Part shown: piece after piece, positions 46,712 to 57,618 of the stretch | Numbering within the stretch: the first letter of the stretch is position 1 | Layout: the number at the start of each line of letters is the position of its first letter | Source of the DNA: an uncultured delta proteobacterium | GTDB lineage: Bacteria; Desulfobacterota; Binatia; DP-6 | Assembly: GCA_963815115.1 (NCBI GenBank) | Contig: CAWFFN010000007.1 | Coordinates: 1-64,000, forward strand | DNA length: 64,000 bases | Direction of reading: 5' to 3' | Position numbers and translations under genes: made by a program | Notes under the pieces: generated by a model | Seen by the model: the letters and a program-made list of their open reading frames with translations, nothing else | Told to the model about the DNA's origin: nothing | Database searches by the model: none

Positions 46712-49654
46712 CGGCGGATCTCGACGAGGCCGCGGCCTCCTCGTCGTCGAGCAGCCCGCGCTCCCGTTCCGAAGGAGCGGCGGGGGCAGCGAGCGGGCTG
46801 GCGCTCCCGCGCTCGACCTATCGCCTCCAGTTGAGTCCCCACTTCACGCTCCGGAACGCCCTCGACGCCGTTCCCTATCTCGACGCGCTCGGCATCAGCC
46901 ACGTCTATGCCTCGCCCTTCCTGAAGGCGCGCCCCGGCAGCGAGCACGGCTACGACATCACCGATCACAACGCTCTCAACCCGGAGATCGGCGACTGGGA
47001 CGACTTCGTACGCTTCAGCGATGCCCTGGGCGCCCGCGCGATGGGGCTGATTCTCGATTTCGTTCCCAACCACATGGGGATCGGCAAGGCGGACAACGCC
47101 TGGTGGCTGGACGTCCTCGAGTGGGGCAGGGCGTCGCCCTACAGCGACTACTTCGACATCGACTGGATGCCCGCGCAGCCGTGGCTGAGGGGCAGGGTGC
47201 TGCTTCCCATCCTCGGGGACCACTACGGCGTCGTCCTGACGCGCGGCGAGCTGACCCTCCGGTTCGCTGCCGAGGAGGGCACGCTCAGCGTCTGGTATCA
47301 CGACCACCGGCTGCCGCTGCGCCCCGGCTCGTACGCCGCCGTGATCCGGCGCGGCCTCGGAGCCGGGCGGGCCGGTGCCGACGGGGCCGAGTCCACCTTC
47401 GAGCGGATCGCACGTGATCTTGGTCGCGCCGACCGGCCGACCCGGCGGCGCGAGGAAGCGCACCGCCAGGTGGCGGCGCTCCAGGCCGATCTCGGCGCGC
47501 TCTGTGCCGGCCATGCCGAGGCGGCCCGGTTCATGGCCGACGCGACCGCTGCATTCAACGGCACCGCCGGCGATGCGGAGAGCTTCCGGGCGCTGCACGC
47601 GTTGCTCGAGCGCCAGCACTACCGGCTGGCCTTCTGGCGGGTCGGCGCCGACGAGATCAACTACCGGCGCTTCTTCAACATCAACGAGCTCGCCGGCATT
47701 CGCATGGAGAACCGCACGCTCTTCGACGCCGCACACCGCCTGCTCGGTCGCATGATCCGGGAAGGCCGCGTGCAGGGCATCCGACTCGACCACATCGACG
47801 GCTTGTTCGATCCCCGGGGCTACTGCCGCAAGCTGCAGGCGTTCGCACGGGCGAACGCCTCGCATGGCGATCCGGACGGACGGCGGCGATTCTACGTCGT
47901 GGTCGAGAAGATTCTCGCGCATCACGAGACGCTGCGATCGGACTGGGAGATTGCCGGCACGACGGGGTACGATTTCACGAGCCTGGTCAACGGTCTCTTC
48001 GTCGATCCCGCCAGCGAGAGCACCTGGGACCTGCTCTATCGCGACTTCGTCGGCGATCGGGGGCCGTTCCGGGACATGGTGCTGGCGGCCAAGGACACGG
48101 TGATCGAGACGCTGCTGTCGGGTGAGCTGAACGTCCTCGCCAACGCGCTCGAGCGCATCGCCGAACGGGACTGGGGCACGCGCGACTACACGATGAAGCG
48201 CCTGCGCGATGCGCTGAAGGCCGTCGTGTCGTACTTCCCCGTCTATCGCACGTACGTCAGCGAGCGCGAGACCTCGGCGGAGGATCGGCGCGACATCGAC
48301 TGGGCGGTCGAGCAGGCCCGGCGGAGCTGGCGCGGAGCCGACCGCGAGGTCCTGGACTTCGTGCACGACGCGCTCACCGGCGATCTCGCCGGGCGCGGGA
48401 AGTCGTTCCGGCGCAGCGAGGTGCTGCGCTTCGCCATGCGCTTCCAGCAGTACACCGGTCCGATCATGGCCAAATCGATGGAGGACACTGCCTTCTATCG
48501 CTATCCCCGTCTGCTCTCTCTCAACGAGGTGGGCAGCGATCCGCGGCAATTCGGGGTGTCGGTGGCGGCGTTCCACCATGCCAACCAGCAACGCGCGCGG
48601 GACTGGCCGCATTCGATGCTCACGACCGCCACCCACGACACCAAGCGGGGGGAGGATGCGCGGCTCCGCATCGATGCCCTGTCGGAGATGCCGGCGCAAT
48701 GGCGGCCGCGGCGTGCGGCGCTGGTCCGAGCTCGCCCGTTCCGTGCGGCGCGAGATCGAGGGCTCGCCCGCGCCGTCGCCGGTCGACGAGTTCATGATCT
48801 ACCAGACGTTGCTCGGCGCATGGCCCGTGGAGCTCCTCGGTGGATCGCCGGATCGTGCGGCGCTCGCCGGCTTTCTCGCCCGGATCGAGCGCTACGTGAT
48901 CAAGGCGGTGCGCGAGGCCAAGGTCGTGAGCAGCTGGGAGAATCCCGCGGAGGCGTACGAGGCGGCCTGCATCGGGTTCGTGCGCGGTATCTTGAACCCG
49001 GCCCATCCCGTCCTGGCCGATCTCTCCGGGTTTGCCGAGCGGGTCGCGTTCGTCGGCATGCTGAGCGGACTCGCGCAGCTCGTGCTGCGGCTGACCGCCC
49101 CCGGGGTTGCCGACACGTATCAGGGCACCGAGCTGTGGGACCTGAGCCTCGTCGACCCCGACAACCGCGCGCCGGTCGACTTCGCCGCACGAAGCCGGCT
49201 GCTGGAGGAGCAGCAGCCGGCCGCGAGCGTGGAGGAGGTGAGCGCTGCGCTCGCGACCTGGTCGGACGGCCGGATCAAGATGCTGGTCCTGCATCGGCTG
49301 CTTCGGCTGCGCCGTCGCCTGGCCGAGGTCTGGCTGGAGGGGAGCTACGACTCGCTCGCCACCTCCGGCGCGCACGCGGACCGCCTCGTGGCCTTCGCCC
49401 GACGGCATGGCGCCGAGCGCATCGTCGTCGTCGCGGGGCGGCTGTTCGGCACGCTCCTGGCGACCGATGCGCGTCGCTATGACGGGAGCGTGTGGGAGGA
49501 CAGTGCGGTCGTGCGGGAGCCGGATCTCGTCGGCACCTGGCAGGACACCCTCACCGGCGCGCCGGTCGAGTTCGCGGAGGGCGGCTCCGGCCTGCCCGCG
49601 GCCGGGGTCCTGTCCGTGCTGCCGGTCGCGGTGCTGGTGCGCGGGCTGGAGTGA
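46708..49654 (+). CDS. treY: Malto-oligosyltrehalose synthase, frameshift near 48700
   Basis: PRSTYRLQ, HGYD, DFVPNHMG, NYRRFF, RLDHIDGL, VVEKIL, THDTKRGED, YQGTE, LVDPDNR. Confidence 0.93.
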
Positions 49655-49659
49655 GCCCG

Positions 49660-50901
49660 TCAGGCGGCGGCCGCGGTCTCGCCTGCGGCCAGCGTCACGA
49701 CGGTGATCTCCCGCGGTACGGCGATGCGCACCCGCTGGCCGCTCGTGCCGAGCCCGCTGTTCACGTGCAGCACGGAGGAACCGCTGGTGAAGGTCCCGGC
49801 ATCGAGGTGGGTCATGAGCAGGCGGGCCGGGTTCACGGCGGGCAGCCCCGGTATGGCCACCTGGCCGCCGTGGGTATGGCCCGCGAGGGTCAGCGGGACG
49901 CCGAGGCCGGCGGCGGTCGCGAATGCCGCGGGCTGGTGCACCAGCACGACGCAGGGCTCGCCATCCGGAACCTGGGCGTGGAGGCGCGGCAGCATGTCCG
50001 CGCTCTGCGGGCCGGGCCGATCCTCGAGGCCGATCAGGTGGAAGGTCGCGCCGCGCACGTTCACCCGCACGGCCTCGTCGCGCAGCAGCCGCCAGTCGGT
50101 GTGGGTGCGCAGCGCACCCGCGACCCGATCGGAGCCGGCGTAGCGATCGTGGTTGCCGAGCACGGCGTACACGCCATGACGGGCGCGGAGGCGCGCCAGC
50201 TCTGGCGTCCAGTGCGCCAGATCGGTGGTCGGCGAATCGATCAGGTCGCCGGACACGCAGACGACGTCCGGGTCGAGCGCGTTCACCCGATCGATCGCCT
50301 CGCGCAACGTCTGGCGATGCGCGGTCGGCCCGAGATGCAGGTCGCTGATGTGCACGATGCGCACGCCGTCGACCGTCGATGCCAAGCCCGGCATGGGCAC
50401 GTCGAGGCGGGTGGTGCGCAGCCTCCGGTGACCCCGGGTGTAGCCCCAGGCGGCGATCGCCATTCCCACGGTGACGGCCGCAACCGCCAGCGGTGCGAAG
50501 AGCGGCCCGAAGTAGGTCCCGGCCTGGGCGTCCAGCGCGCCGGCCTGCGCCGGCAGCGCGCCGACGGCCGCCCCGGCGATGAGCCAGGCCCCGGCGACGA
50601 GGCCGAGTGCACCCGCGCCCGCCGCGGCCACCACGCCACCCGCCAGGACGACGCCGCCGGCGACGTGGAGCGCGGGCGCCGAGTGCCGCTCGCGGTCGAA
50701 GGCCTCTGCCGCGAGGCGGTTGAACAGAGTGAGCCCGGCGAGAGCGGCCAGGTGCACGAGCCAGGAGCCGGGCGCGCCGCCGAGCCAGCAGGCGAGGGTC
50801 CACTCCCCGAGCGCGCCCGCGAGCGCCACGGTCGTCCAGAAGTTGCCGAAGATGAGCTGCGCGAACCAGGTCACGTGTTGTCGAGCCAGCGCGGCGTGCA
50901 A
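49660..50901 (-). CDS. Membrane-anchored metallophosphoesterase (YkuE-like); start uncertain
   Basis: SDLH, SGDLID, GNHD, VHQP, GHTHGGQ. Confidence 0.9.
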   Translation of the reverse strand: MHAALARQHVTWFAQLIFGNFWTTVALAGALGEWTLACWLGGAPGSWLVHLAALAGLTLFNRLAAEAFDRERHSAPALHVAGGVVLAGGVVAAAGAGALGLVAGAWLIAGAAVGALPAQAGALDAQAGTYFGPLFAPLAVAAVTVGMAIAAWGYTRGHRRLRTTRLDVPMPGLASTVDGVRIVHISDLHLGPTAHRQTLREAIDRVNALDPDVVCVSGDLIDSPTTDLAHWTPELARLRARHGVYAVLGNHDRYAGSDRVAGALRTHTDWRLLRDEAVRVNVRGATFHLIGLEDRPGPQSADMLPRLHAQVPDGEPCVVLVHQPAAFATAAGLGVPLTLAGHTHGGQVAIPGLPAVNPARLLMTHLDAGTFTSGSSVLHVNSGLGTSGQRVRIAVPREITVVTLAAGETAAAA

Positions 50902-51089
50902 GTTCGCATCGTGGAGTTCATAGCCGAGCGGCCGGACCGGGGCGAGGGCAGGCTGGCATCATCTAAGGCTGGTCCGGTGCCGCCGGACGCACGACGTGCC
51001 GCGGGCATATAGACCTGACGGCCGATCGCTCGGTCCTGTGTCGGTACGCCGTGCCGATTCGTCATCGAGATCTCTGCTACTCTTCCCGG

Positions 51090-51458
51090 ATGGAGCGGAT
51101 GTTCGCCGTCCTGGGCGCCCTCTCGGCTGGTCTGGCGGTCGTGGCGGGCGCCTTCGCCGCGCACGGGCTGCGGGCCCGCATCACGCCCGAGCTGCTGGCG
51201 GTGTTCGAGACCGGCGCGCGATATCAGATGTATCACGCGCTCGGGCTGCTGGCCGTGGCGTGGGCGCTCGGTCGCTGGCCGGCGAGCCCCGCCGGAGCGG
51301 CGGGGTGGCTCTTCGTCGCCGGCACGGTGCTCTTCTCGGGGAGTCTCTATCTGCTCGCGCTCGGCAGCCCGAGCTGGCTCGGCGCGGTGACGCCGTTCGG
51401 CGGCCTGTGCTTCATCGCGGGCTGGGCGGTGCTGGCGTGGGCCGCGGGCCGGAGCTAG
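51090..51458 (+). CDS. DUF423 (YgdD/YwdK) membrane protein
   Basis: GAFAAHGL, YQMYHAL, LFSGSLY, GAVTPFGG. Confidence 0.92.
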   Translation: MERMFAVLGALSAGLAVVAGAFAAHGLRARITPELLAVFETGARYQMYHALGLLAVAWALGRWPASPAGAAGWLFVAGTVLFSGSLYLLALGSPSWLGAVTPFGGLCFIAGWAVLAWAAGRS

Positions 51459-51614
51459 CGCTCGACGCGACGTCTCGATGGCGGTCGTTACCGTCACGCG
51501 CAGCCCGTGCCGGACGGCCGCTTCCGCGGTCGCCCGCCGCGGACAGGCCGCCGACCTGTACCAGCTTCGCGACCACCGCGTCGACGACGCCCGCGAGTTG
51601 CGGGACGACGCGGC

Positions 51615-53023
51615 TCAGTCGACGATGGGCGGAGCCGTCGGCGCCATGGTCGCGAGCGGCAGGGAGAAGCGGAAGGTGGCGCCGGCGCCGGGACGCGAGC
51701 TCGCCCACAGGCGGCCGCCGTGCGACTCGACGATCGAACGGCTGATGGCCAGCCCGAGCCCGAGCCCGTGGGCCTTGGTGGTGAAGAAGGGCGTGAAGAG
51801 GCGGCGCTCGACCGCGGGCGCGAGGCCGCTGCCGGTGTCGCTCACCGCGACCTCGATCGCGCCCTGCTGCGCTGCCGTGGCGACCATCACCTCGCGCCGG
51901 CTGCCGTCGCGCCACCGCGGCGGCCTCGACGCCGTTCAGCATCAGGTTGAGCATCACCTGCTCGATCTGCGTGCCGTCGGCCTGCACCGGGGCAGGTCGG
52001 TCGCGCCCTCGAGCCGGACCGTGACGCCGTGCAGGCGCGCCTGCGGCTCGAGCAGGCGCACCGCCTCGGCGGCGAGCGCGTTCACGTCGACGCCGTCGCT
52101 CGCGGCGTCTCGCGCTGCACCAGGTCGCGGATGCCGCGCAGGATCTCGCCCGCGCGCAGGCCCTCGTGCGCGATCTCCTCGAAGGCCTGCCGGAGCGCGT
52201 CGGGATCGACGGCGCCGGCGCGCAGCCGCTGCACGCCGCCCTGGGCATAGTTGGTGATCGCGCAGAGCGGCTGGTTGATCTCGTGCGCCAGCGCCGCCGC
52301 CATCTCGCCCATGGTGTGCAGGCGCAGCACGTGCGCCAGCTCCGCCTGGTGCTGGCGCAGCGCCTCGTGCGCGCGCTTGAGCGCCACGGTTCGCTCGCGA
52401 CCCGCTGCTCGAGCCGCTGCGCGAGGCGGCGCACGGCGGGTTCCGCCCTGCGCCGCTCGAGCAGCTCGGGGCGCAGCCCCAGCCGGTACTGGTTCACCTC
52501 GCTGGACGCCAGCAGCGAGAGCAGGAAGGCGATCACGACGGCGGCAGCGGGATCGCGCGCCACGGCGCCGAGGCTGCCGTCATGCAGGATCACGGCGACG
52601 ACCAGCGCGACGGCGCCGACGGCGACGGTCGCCAGCTGGGCCATCACCCCCCACGGCACGATGGCGGCGGTGGTGAGCGCGGCGCCGACGAACAGCACCG
52701 TGGTGGTCTCGATACTCGCCGCCGTGACTGATGATGCGGTCCGTGGCGGTGAGCACGTAGCAGGTGGAGACGACCAGGATCGCCATGGAGCGGGCGCGCC
52801 GCACCGCCCAGGGCTGGCCGACCAGGACCATCGCGCCGAGGCCGAGCGAGACGCCGAACGCCTTGAACAGGAGCGAGCGCAGCATCTCCGGGCGCCACGC
52901 CGCCAGGTCGAGGAGCGCGTAGGTCGTCGCCCCGATCAGGCACATGGCCAGGATGAAGCGAACGCGCCGGACGAGGAGGCGCCGGGTCGGGAGGTTCGCA
53001 CGCCGCAGCCGAACGCGGGTCAT
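51615..53023 (-). CDS. Membrane sensor histidine kinase (FixL/NtrB-type), at least 4 frameshifts
   Basis: TM region, AHEINQPL, IEQVMLNLMLNG, DTGSG, FFTTK and GLGLGL spread over several frames. Confidence 0.75.
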
Positions 53024-53172
53024 CAGGATGCGCCCACCGATGGGGCGTACCATGTGGGCGCGGCCGATTTGAAGGGAAGGTGAGGCCCCCCGGGCGTTTG
53101 GCCGGATCCACGTGAGGCCACGGCCTTTCGATGCTTTTCCCGCCGCCGGGGCCTCTGCTATCCAGGCCCTCC

Positions 53173-55806
53173 ATGGCGCGCGTGCGCACGATCGATCCCG
53201 GGCGTCTCCCCAGGCATTTCGAGGCGCCGGCCGCCGAGGCACGCTGGCACGCCGAGTGGGAGCGGCTCGGGGTCCCCACCTACGACCCGAATCGCGGCCG
53301 GGACCAGACGTTCGTGATCGACACGCCGCCGCCCACCGTGTCGGGCTCCCTGCACGTCGGACACGTGTTCAGCTACACCCAGACGGACGTCATCGCGCGC
53401 TACCAGCGCATGCGGGGCCGCAGCGTCTTCTATCCCATGGGGTGGGACGACAACGGCCTGCCGACCGAGCGGCGGGTGCAGAACGCGCGCCACGTGCGCT
53501 GCGACCCGACCGTCACGACCAGCCTCGGGCCCGTGCCGGCGCCCACGGCCCGAGGAGTTCAAGCAGCCGCCCCGCCTGGTCTCGCGCCCGGACTTCATCG
53601 CCACCTGCCTCGAGGTGACGCGCGAGGACGAGGAGGCGTTCAAGGCGCTCTGGCGGCGCCTCGGGTCTCTCGGTGGACTGGCGCGAGGAGTACTCGACCA
53701 TCGACGACCGCTGCCGCCGGCTGGCGCAGCTGTCGTTCCGCGACCTCTGGGAGAAGGGGCATCTCTACAACGTCGACGCGCCCACGATGTGGGACGTCGA
53801 TTTCCAGACCGCGGTGGCCCAGGCGGAGGTCGAGGACCGGCCGACGCGCGGCGCCTTTCACCACATCGCGTTCGCCGTCGAGGGGCAGGGCGACGGCTTC
53901 GTCGTCGCCACCACGCGTCCCGAGCTGCTCGCCGCCTGCGTGGGCGTGACCGCGCATCCGGACGACGCGCGCTACCGGCGCGCTCTTCGGCAAGCGGGCC
54001 GTGACGCCCATCTTCCGCGCGCCGGTGCCGGTCTTCCCGAGCGCGCTCGCCGATCCCGAGAAGGGGACCGGCATCCTCATGGTGTGCACCTTCGGCGACG
54101 CCACCGACGTCGGCTGGTGGCGCGAGCAGGGGCTCGCGCTGCGGCAGATCGTGGGAAGAAACGGTCGCCTCGCTGCCGTCGAGTTCGGCGCCCCGGGATG
54201 GGAGAGCCAGGATGCCGCGCGCGCGAACCGCGCGTACGCCGACCTGGTCGGCAAGACCGTGCACTCGGCGCGTCAGATCGTCGTCGAGCAGCTACGCGAT
54301 CCGGCGAACGCCGCCGCCGGCAGCGACGCTCCGCTGCGCGCCGAGCCGCAGCCGATCGAGCACTCCGTCAAGTACTACGAGAAGGGCGAGCGGCCGCTGG
54401 AGTTCGTCACCAGCCGGCAGTGGTTCGTGCGCCTGCTCGACAAGAAGGATGCGCTGCTCTTGAAGGGCGACGAGGTCCGCTGGCACCCCGACTTCATGCG
54501 CCTGCGCTATCGCAACTGGACCGAGAACCTGAACACGGACTGGTGCATCAGTCGCCAGCGCTTCTTCGGGGTGCCCATCCCGCTGTGGTATCCGCTCGAC
54601 GCCGCGGGATCGCCGGACTTCGCGCACCCGATCGTCGCGCCCGCGGAGATGCTGCCGGTGGATCCGACCACCGACGTGCCTCCCGGCCGGCGCGCCGCGG
54701 AACGCGGCGTGGCCAGCGGGTTCGTCGGCGAGACCGACATCTTCGACACCTGGTTCACCAGCTCCCTCACGCCGCAGATCAGCTCGCGGTGGCTCCTCGA
54801 CCCCGCGCGCCACGCCCGGCTCTTCCCCGCCGACCTGCGGCCGCAGGCCCACGAGATCATCCGGACCTGGGCGTTCTACACCATCGCCAAGGCGCTGCTG
54901 CACGAGAACGCCGTCCCGTGGCGGCACGTCGCCGTGTCGGGATGGATCCTCGATCCCGACCGCAAGAAGATGTCGAAGAGCCGCGGCAACGTGGTGACGC
55001 CGATGCACCTGCTCGACGAGTACGGCGCCGACGGCGTGCGCTACTGGGCGGCGTCGGCGCGGCTGGGCACCGACACGGCGTTCGACGACAAGGTGCTGAA
55101 GGTCGGCAAGCGGCTCGTCACCAAGCTCTTCAACGCCGGCAAGTTCGTCCTGTCGCAGGACGGCGAGGAGGCGCCCATCGTCGCCGAGCTGGACCGCGCC
55201 TTCGTGCACCGGCTGCGCGGGCTGGTCGAGCGCGTGACGGCGTCGCTGGACGAGTTCGAGTACGCCCAGGCGCTGCAGGAGACGGAATCCTTCTTCTGGC
55301 ACGACTTCACCGACACCTACCTCGAGCTGGTCAAGGCGCGCGCGCGCGGCGAGGGCGGCGGGTCGGCGATCGCCGCCCTCCGACTCGGGCTCTCGGTGCT
55401 GCTGCGGCTCTTCGCGCCCGCGCTGCCCTACATCACCGAGGAGGTGTGGTCGTGGGCCTTCGCCGCGGAGGCGGGGCACCCGAGCATCCACCGCGCTCCC
55501 TGGCCCGGGACGGCCGACCTCGGCGCCGTGCCGCCGCCGCGCGAGCCGGCCTGCTTCGACGCCGCGGTCACGTGTCTCGCCGCGATCAACAAGGCGAAGT
55601 CCGAGGGTGGCGTGTCGGTCGGGCGGGGCGTCGCCGCCGTCACCCTGGCGGCGAGCCCGACGACGCTCGCGCGCCTGGAGCCCGCGCTCGCCGACGTGCT
55701 GGCGTCGGCGCGGGTGACCGGGCACTCCGTGGCGCCGCGCCCGGCGCTCGCCGACGGCATCTTCGAGGTGGCGGACGTGACGTTCGCGCCGGTCGAGGAG
55801 CGCTGA
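53173..55806 (+). CDS. valS: Valine--tRNA ligase (type lacking the C-terminal coiled coil), several frameshifts at 53.5-54.0 kb
   Basis: [56 protein letters not shown]. Confidence 0.93.
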
Positions 55807-56657
55807 CCACGGACGCTCCGTTCGATCATCCGCACGTGGCGGCGCTCATCGCGCTGGCGCTGGCGGAGGACCTGGGTCGTGGCGATCGGACGTCGCAGGC
55901 GACGGTGCCCGATGGGGTGCGGGCACGCGGCCGGCTGCTGGCGAAGGAGAAGCTGGTCGTCTGCGGGCTCCCGCTGGTGCCGCAGGTCTTTTCCCGCCTG
56001 GGCCCCGTCGGCTGCGAGCTGCTCGCCGCGGAGGGGCAGGTCGTGCCGGCAGGCGACGTGGTGGCGACGGTCGAGGGCAGCGCGCGCGCCCTGCTCGCCG
56101 GCGAGCGTCTCGTGCTCAATCTCGTCCAGCACCTGTGCGGCATCGCGACGCTCACCCGGCGCTACGTGGAGCGCGTCGCCGGCACGGCGCTCGTCGTGCG
56201 CGACACGCGCAAGACCGTCCCCGGGATGCGGGTGCTGGCCAAGTATGCCGTTCGCACCGGCGGTGCCCGCAACCATCGCATGGCACTCGACGATGCCATC
56301 CTGGTGAAGGACAACCACCTGACGCTCGGCGGAGGCGACTTCGATGCCGCCGTGCGGGCGGCACGCCAGCGCTTTCCCGATCTCCCACTCGAGGTCGAGT
56401 GCCGCACGCTGGCGGAGGTCGAGCGCGCGCTGGCGGCGGCGCCGGATCTCATCCTGCTCGACAACATGTCGCTCGACGACATGGCCGCCGCCGTGCGCCT
56501 CGCCGCCGATCGCGTGCCGCTCGAGGCCTCCGGCGGGATCACGCTGGAGCAGCTCACGGCGGTGGCGGCGACGGGGGTGCGCTACGTCGCCATCGGGACG
56601 CTCACCCACTCCGCGCCGGCGGCGGATCTGAGCCTGAAGCTCGAGCGGGTCGAGTAG
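55803..56657 (+). CDS. nadC: Nicotinate-nucleotide pyrophosphorylase; start uncertain
   Basis: ALAEDLG, ERLVLN, DTRKTVPG, NHRMALDDAILVKDNH, LLDNM, EASGGI. Confidence 0.95.
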   Translation: MTTDAPFDHPHVAALIALALAEDLGRGDRTSQATVPDGVRARGRLLAKEKLVVCGLPLVPQVFSRLGPVGCELLAAEGQVVPAGDVVATVEGSARALLAGERLVLNLVQHLCGIATLTRRYVERVAGTALVVRDTRKTVPGMRVLAKYAVRTGGARNHRMALDDAILVKDNHLTLGGGDFDAAVRAARQRFPDLPLEVECRTLAEVERALAAAPDLILLDNMSLDDMAAAVRLAADRVPLEASGGITLEQLTAVAATGVRYVAIGTLTHSAPAADLSLKLERVE

Positions 56658-56717
56658 TGGCCACGTCGTCGGGTCCGTAGGGCAGCCCTTCGCCGCCTCC
56701 AGGAAGATGTTTGTCGA

Positions 56718-57152
56718 CTACGCCGTGAGACGGAAGCGTTCGGCGGCGGCAGCTGCCCGGAGTGATCGGTCGGCGCAGGCGAAGCCATCACACGACTCGT
56801 CGACCGCACGTGCCGCACGGGCGCTCGCCAGCTGCACCGCATCGTAGGCCCGCAGTCCGTGTAGGGCGGAGAGCCGGGCGGCATCCTCGAGCAGCTCAGG
56901 AACGATACCCACTACCACGAATCGCGGTGGCGCATCGTCGTGCCCCAGGTAGTCGACCTCGAAGGCAGACGTCAGGACATCGGCCTGCTCGGTCGTCAGC
57001 TCGCCCCGACGGTGCTTTCGCCAGATCGCTGCCGGTACCTCGAGGCGGGCGAGACATGACACGACCAGAACGTCCAGCTTGCGGATCATGGTATGCCCCG
57101 GCTCGTCGGCATAGATCTTCACCACCGCCGAGGAGTCGGCGAAGACGCTCAC
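56718..57152 (-). CDS. vapC: VapC-type PIN-domain toxin
   Basis: FADSSAVVKIY.DE, LEV, LRAYDAVQLASA, CADRSL. Confidence 0.9.
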   Translation of the reverse strand: MSVFADSSAVVKIYADEPGHTMIRKLDVLVVSCLARLEVPAAIWRKHRRGELTTEQADVLTSAFEVDYLGHDDAPPRFVVVGIVPELLEDAARLSALHGLRAYDAVQLASARAARAVDESCDGFACADRSLRAAAAAERFRLTA

Positions 57153-57448
57153 CGGCGACCTTCGGAAACGAGCCGGCTGAGCGGCCGACCGCGCCCCGCC
57201 GCCGCGCGCGCCTTGGCAAGCGCCCGGGCGGGCGGCCGAGGGCGGCGCCCCGGCGGCGCGGCCATCAGCAAGTCGGCTCGTGCCAGGCGCTCCCGCAGCG
57301 ACTGCGCCTCGTCGCCCGCGTACTCGGGATCGACGGCAGCACCGAGCACCGCCGCCGCGAGCCCGTTCACGCTCTGACGGCGCGCGCGTGCCGCGGCCCG
57401 GAGCCGGTCGAGGAGCTCGTCGGAGAGGCGAAGGGTCAGCTGTGACAT
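57149..57448 (-). CDS. Ribbon-helix-helix antitoxin
   Basis: MSQLTLRLSDELLDRLRAAA...SVN, C-terminal LSRLVSEGR; 4-nt overlap with vapC. Confidence 0.85.
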   Translation of the reverse strand: MSQLTLRLSDELLDRLRAAARARRQSVNGLAAAVLGAAVDPEYAGDEAQSLRERLARADLLMAAPPGRRPRPPARALAKARAAAGRGRPLSRLVSEGRR

Positions 57449-57455
57449 GCGTCCG

Positions 57456-57483
57456 TGATTGCTATCATGACATCAGATGTCAA
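57456..57483 (-). promoter_or_regulatory. TA promoter/operator
   Basis: Palindrome TGACATC-A-GATGTCA (57468-57482) overlapping TTGACA, plus TGAT-N4-ATCA. Confidence 0.65.
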
Positions 57484-57618
57484 GGGGCAGCTCGCGAGGG
57501 GAATACCAGGCGGGCGAGCCGCGTGTAGGCCGTCCGTGTGCTGATCCCGCTCCGGCCGCCTCGGCCGCGCGTGGAGCGGTTTGCCCGATCGGGTTCATGC
57601 CGGTATCGTTCCCGCTCG

